This document shows, one piece after another, positions 29,296-32,839 of a DNA stretch of 32,839 nt. The notes below the pieces were generated by a model. The model ran no database searches. It was not told the DNA's origin and worked only from the letters and a program-made list of their open reading frames with translations. The stretch's first letter is position 1; every line of letters begins with the position of its first letter. The translations under genes were made by a program, and so were the position numbers. The stretch lies in sequence record SRR2962707_1525; one strand, written 5' to 3'.

Positions 29296-30132
29296 TCAGT
29301 CGTAATAGCCGTAGCCGTATTCCTGCCCCATATAGCGGCACTTGTTCAAAACCACGCCCATCACGTTGGTCTGACTGGCCAGCTCGCGTTCGCACTTATC
29401 GATTTCCTTGATGGTTGTCATCTCGGCGGCGGCCACAAGTAGGACGCAGTCGACCTGACTCGCAAAGGCCATCGTGTCGTCGGTGACCAGCATGGGTGCC
29501 ATGTCGAAGATCGTCAGCGTCGGGTCGTAACGGGTCTCTATCTCTTCCAGAACCTCTGCTACATGCGGGCCGTTCAGCAATTCGGCCGGATTGCGGCTAG
29601 GGCCGGGGTTGGTCGAAATGGCAAGGTTGTCGCCATGGCGCATCGCGTTCTGCTCGAACTGGCGGGTACCTTCGAGAACCCCGGCAAAGTTGGTCTCCCT
29701 GCCGACGCCCAGCATCCGCCCCAGAGAAGGCCGCCGCAGGTCAAGTTCGAGTAACAAGGTCCGCAGTTCGGGCTGACGCGCCAGGCTGAAGGCAAGGTTG
29801 AGCGCCAACGTGCTCTTGCCGCAACCGGCCGACGGCGAGGTGATGGCCAGCCGGTGCCAGTTGTTTGCGCGCATCTGTTGCAGCACCCGGGTGCGCAGCA
29901 TGTCCATCTCCGTCGCAGGGCTACCGCCGCGGAAGGCGACGATACGGCTGCGCTCCATCTGACGAGAGTCCAGAAACAGTTCAGGCAGAGCCTGCCAGGC
30001 GGCGGTGACATGCTCGGACGGGCTGGACGCGGGGGCCAGGACGCCAAGCCGCGAGGGAGCGCTGCCGGTCGGCGGCGGCGTGCCTGAACGTTCAGCTCGG
30101 GCTTTGGCGATAGCGCTTTGAATTTTATCCAT
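29296..30132 (-). CDS. CpsD/CapB family bacterial tyrosine kinase (Wzc C-terminal half)
   Basis: AITSPSAGCGKST, LELDLRRP, IFDMAP, GVVLNK and C-terminal Tyr cluster YMGQEYGYGYYD. Confidence 0.92.
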   Translation of the reverse strand: MDKIQSAIAKARAERSGTPPPTGSAPSRLGVLAPASSPSEHVTAAWQALPELFLDSRQMERSRIVAFRGGSPATEMDMLRTRVLQQMRANNWHRLAITSPSAGCGKSTLALNLAFSLARQPELRTLLLELDLRRPSLGRMLGVGRETNFAGVLEGTRQFEQNAMRHGDNLAISTNPGPSRNPAELLNGPHVAEVLEEIETRYDPTLTIFDMAPMLVTDDTMAFASQVDCVLLVAAAEMTTIKEIDKCERELASQTNVMGVVLNKCRYMGQEYGYGYYD

Positions 30133-30143
30133 AATCTGTCCCC

Positions 30144-31736
30144 TCAGACCCGCGTCGTCGACATGGGCCCGGCCAGCCCGGCCAGACCAATCTTCTGCCC
30201 GACTGTATCGAGCAGCTGGTCCAGCGGCATGTACCATGTATGCACCGCCCAGAGCGCCAACGGAATCCCGATCAGCAAGGCCCCCAGAGCAATCAAGATC
30301 AGACTGCGGCGGCGCAGCACCTCGTAACGGGTGCGGTAATAGGGCAGCGTCGCAAAGGGCTGGATTCCCAGATGCGTTGTCAGATCCACGGGTCGGCGGA
30401 CCCCTGCATTCGTCAGTTCCAGCAGCAGTACCATGCCCAGACCCAGCGCTATGCCTGCCCCAACACCACCTGCCGCAATCAGCGGACGGTTAGGACGCTC
30501 GGGCTCTACCGGGATCACCGCCTGTTCGATGATCGAGATCCGCTGCCCCTTGGACAGCCCCTCGATCACGTCGCCGGTTTCGGCACGGGCCTTGTTTGCC
30601 GCGGCCTGATCGTATTGCATGCGCACGTTGGCATAGTCACGCTCCAGCGTGTCCAGGGCAATGGCGTTGCCCGGTGTGGCCTCTATCGACTGCGCCAGTT
30701 TTTCAAGCGTACCGTTCACCTGCGCCTTCAGGGACGCGAGAAATTCAAGCTGGCCATCGATATCGGCAAGTTGCAGTTCGTAGGGATCCATCGGTGTGCC
30801 GTCCTGCGACACCGAACCACGTGAAAGCTGGTTCTCCACAATCTGCTCTAGCCCTGAAATACGCGCTTCGAGCAATTTGATCTTGGGATTCTCGGCAGAC
30901 AGCACGGCTCGCAGACCGGAAAGTTCATCGCGTGCAGTCTGCAACTGACGCTGTTCCGGAGTTTGCTCCTGAATCGGTATGCTATCCTGTAAGCCGCTGT
31001 CCGCTTCCCGCAAGGTCAGGACGCGGCTGCGGCGGTCCTTCAGTCCGGCCTCCTCGCGCTCGAGCTGAAGCAGGCGTTCCTGGCCGGCAGCCTGCTGCGA
31101 GCGGCGAAAATCGAGACTGTCCGGAAGAGCCTCCTGATTAGCCTCCTTGAAGGACAGGATCGTAGCGCCGCGCTGGGACAGCTCCTTGTCCAGCCGCGCC
31201 ACCTCCTGCTCAAAGAACTCCAGCGTCTGGCGCGCGGTCCGGGTGCGCATCCCCACGTCTTCCCGCAGGATCTCGGTGACCAGTTCGTTGGTCACCGTTG
31301 CGGCCAGAGGTGCATTGGGGGCTTCGAAACTTACCGCAACCAGGGTCGCTGTGTTCGAGCGCGGCCCTCCACCGGTGGTCACGATCGAAATCCGCCTGCG
31401 CATGTCGGCCACCAGGGCGTCCGCGTCGAGCCCCTCCTCCGGCTGGCCGGGTTTGGGCGCATAGATCTGCAACCGGTTGGCCATGTCGACCAGCGTGTCG
31501 CGGGTCAGAATGCGCTGCTGGATGATCTCGAGCTGTTCAGCCGCCTCGGTTCGGACGGTCGAGGCCGCGAGTTCGTCCGGAATCTGTTCGGATTCCACCA
31601 GCAGCCGCGCCTTGGCAACATAGACCGGCGGCAGCACCTTGGCGAGGGTCAAGCCGATGGCCGAACCAATCACTAAGAAGAGCAGGAACCAGTGCAGGCG
31701 CCGCAGAAACAGGGAGAGATAGAACTTCAGGTCCAT
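30144..31736 (-). CDS. GumC/Wzc-N-like polysaccharide chain-length determinant (membrane activator)
   Basis: N-terminal TM, LPPVYVAKARLLVES, long coiled coils, IIEQAVIPVEP..PNRP, C-terminal TMs. Confidence 0.9.
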   Translation of the reverse strand: MDLKFYLSLFLRRLHWFLLFLVIGSAIGLTLAKVLPPVYVAKARLLVESEQIPDELAASTVRTEAAEQLEIIQQRILTRDTLVDMANRLQIYAPKPGQPEEGLDADALVADMRRRISIVTTGGGPRSNTATLVAVSFEAPNAPLAATVTNELVTEILREDVGMRTRTARQTLEFFEQEVARLDKELSQRGATILSFKEANQEALPDSLDFRRSQQAAGQERLLQLEREEAGLKDRRSRVLTLREADSGLQDSIPIQEQTPEQRQLQTARDELSGLRAVLSAENPKIKLLEARISGLEQIVENQLSRGSVSQDGTPMDPYELQLADIDGQLEFLASLKAQVNGTLEKLAQSIEATPGNAIALDTLERDYANVRMQYDQAAANKARAETGDVIEGLSKGQRISIIEQAVIPVEPERPNRPLIAAGGVGAGIALGLGMVLLLELTNAGVRRPVDLTTHLGIQPFATLPYYRTRYEVLRRRSLILIALGALLIGIPLALWAVHTWYMPLDQLLDTVGQKIGLAGLAGPMSTTRV

Positions 31737-31738
31737 CT

Positions 31739-32629
31739 TTATTCGTCCGCCTTTATTTTCTGATTTTCCCCAAGGACCAGCGTCCCTGTGGTCGCTGCCT
31801 GAGTGGGAAAGAATACACCGTCTTCCAGTACCTGATGCACAGTCCGCGCTGTAACCAAAAGTTCGCTTCGGGTGAAGGCATATACCATAGACAGGTCGCA
31901 CAACTGATTAACCAGCCGGGGCACACCGCCCGTCGTTTCGGCGATCACAGCACAGGCCTCGGGGCTGAACACCTCGGTCTCGGCACCTGCGACCGCCAGG
32001 CGATGTGTGATGTAGTTCTGCACCGTTTCCGCATTCATCGTCGACAGATGAAAGGCCGAAGACACCCGCTGTGCGAATTGGCGCATGTCGGGGCGGTGGA
32101 TGATCTCGCGCAGCTCCGGCTGTCCGACCAGGACCAGTTGCAGCAGCTCGTCCTTGTTGGCGTTGATATTGGTGAACATCCGTAGCTCTTCGAGGGATTC
32201 GCGCGACATGTTCTGCGCTTCGTCAAAGATCAGGATGACCCGGCGCCCGGCGGCATATTCCGCGATCAGAAAGGCCTGGAACCGCGCAAACAGATCGACA
32301 TACCCCTCGTCTGCGGCGGCAGGTTGTCCCAGCGCCTGCAACACCCAGCGCAGCAACTCGCCCCGGTCGCCATGGGCATTGGCGATCAGCCCGATGCGCA
32401 CATCCTCTCCGACCGAGCGCAGCAACTGGTGCATCAGTGTGGTCTTGCCCGCGCCGACCTCTCCTGTGATCAGGGTGATCGGGGCGCGGGTCAGGATGCC
32501 GTATTCCAGCATGGTATAGGCCCGGCTGTGCGCATCCGACCAGAACAGAAAGTCCGGATCTGGCACCAGCGAAAAGGGTCTTTCCGAAAGTTTGAAATAG
32601 GCCGTGTAGATATCGAGAGTGCTGTTCAT
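31739..32629 (-). CDS. ExeA-family AAA+ ATPase associated with an exopolysaccharide locus
   Basis: Y..YFKLSERPFSLVPDP, ITGEVGAGKTT, LIFDEAQN, LVLVGQPEL and GGVPRLVNQLCD. No C-terminal peptidoglycan-binding domain. Confidence 0.92.
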   Translation of the reverse strand: MNSTLDIYTAYFKLSERPFSLVPDPDFLFWSDAHSRAYTMLEYGILTRAPITLITGEVGAGKTTLMHQLLRSVGEDVRIGLIANAHGDRGELLRWVLQALGQPAAADEGYVDLFARFQAFLIAEYAAGRRVILIFDEAQNMSRESLEELRMFTNINANKDELLQLVLVGQPELREIIHRPDMRQFAQRVSSAFHLSTMNAETVQNYITHRLAVAGAETEVFSPEACAVIAETTGGVPRLVNQLCDLSMVYAFTRSELLVTARTVHQVLEDGVFFPTQAATTGTLVLGENQKIKADE

Positions 32630-32687
32630 ACCAAGCCTAAAATCTGTCGCAGTACATGTGCCGCAGTAAGCGGGCAAAATTGTGACT

Positions 32688-32713
32688 GCCCGCTTGCAAA
32701 CAAACAAACGGGC
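32688..32713 (-). promoter_or_regulatory. stem-loop in the leader of the ExeA-Wzc operon
   Basis: Minus strand GCCCGTTTG-TTTGTTTG-CAAGCGGGC gives a 9-bp stem with one G-U pair. Confidence 0.35.
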
Positions 32714-32780
32714 TTCGTTTCCCCTACCCCGTCCAAGGCATCCGGACAAGCGTGTCACGCCTTCCTTCGCGGCAGATTTC

Positions 32781-32804
32781 AAAAAAGCGCCCTCGAAGCG
32801 GGCG
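32781..32804 (-). terminator. possible weak intrinsic terminator on the minus strand
   Basis: Minus strand CGCCC-GCTTCGA-GGGCG-C-TTTTTT: a 5-bp GC stem followed by U6. Confidence 0.3.
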
Positions 32805-32839
32805 AATCTATCTCAATTGTGGCAATGAGTGGGCGATTT

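Noticed and set aside
31739-32629. Type II secretion system or transposon TniB/IstB ATPase
   Set aside because: No other gsp genes and no transposase. The gene is coupled to Wzc-like genes.

Overview
GC-rich alphaproteobacterial (Rhodobacteraceae/Roseobacter-like, by inference) surface-polysaccharide locus with about 25 CDSs. No RNA genes, CRISPR arrays or mobile elements were recognised. Left to right: (i) a divergent MhpD/FAH-fold hydratase-like gene. (ii) A tightly coupled + strand operon (1421-19294) that opens with a sugar-acid module: Gfo/Idh/MocA oxidoreductase, degenerate Zn-finger methyltransferase, GmhA-like SIS isomerase, inositol-monophosphatase-family phosphatase, atypical NeuA/KdsB-family cytidylyltransferase, D-2-hydroxyacid dehydrogenase and SMP-30 lactonase. 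The same operon carries three proteins with a GNGPS-type (DUF115/Maf/Cst-like) transferase domain fused to GT2 or GT4 domains, a KpsS-like transferase, an acetyltransferase-FkbM methyltransferase fusion and a GSCFA protein. (iii) glf, a pair of sulfotransferase-like paralogues and Galf-transferase-like GT2s. (iv) ABC capsule export genes kpsT/kpsE/kpsM. (v) An ExeA-like ATPase plus split Wzc (GumC-like + CpsD) module that ends in a 43-codon acetyltransferase remnant. The most interesting hypothesis, which is inference, is a synthase-independent route to a CMP-activated 2-ulosonic acid: there is no NeuB or KdsA in the window, and the route would be oxidative, with the product incorporated into a galactofuranose-rich capsule. 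Several in-frame apparent pseudoenzymes are also retained.
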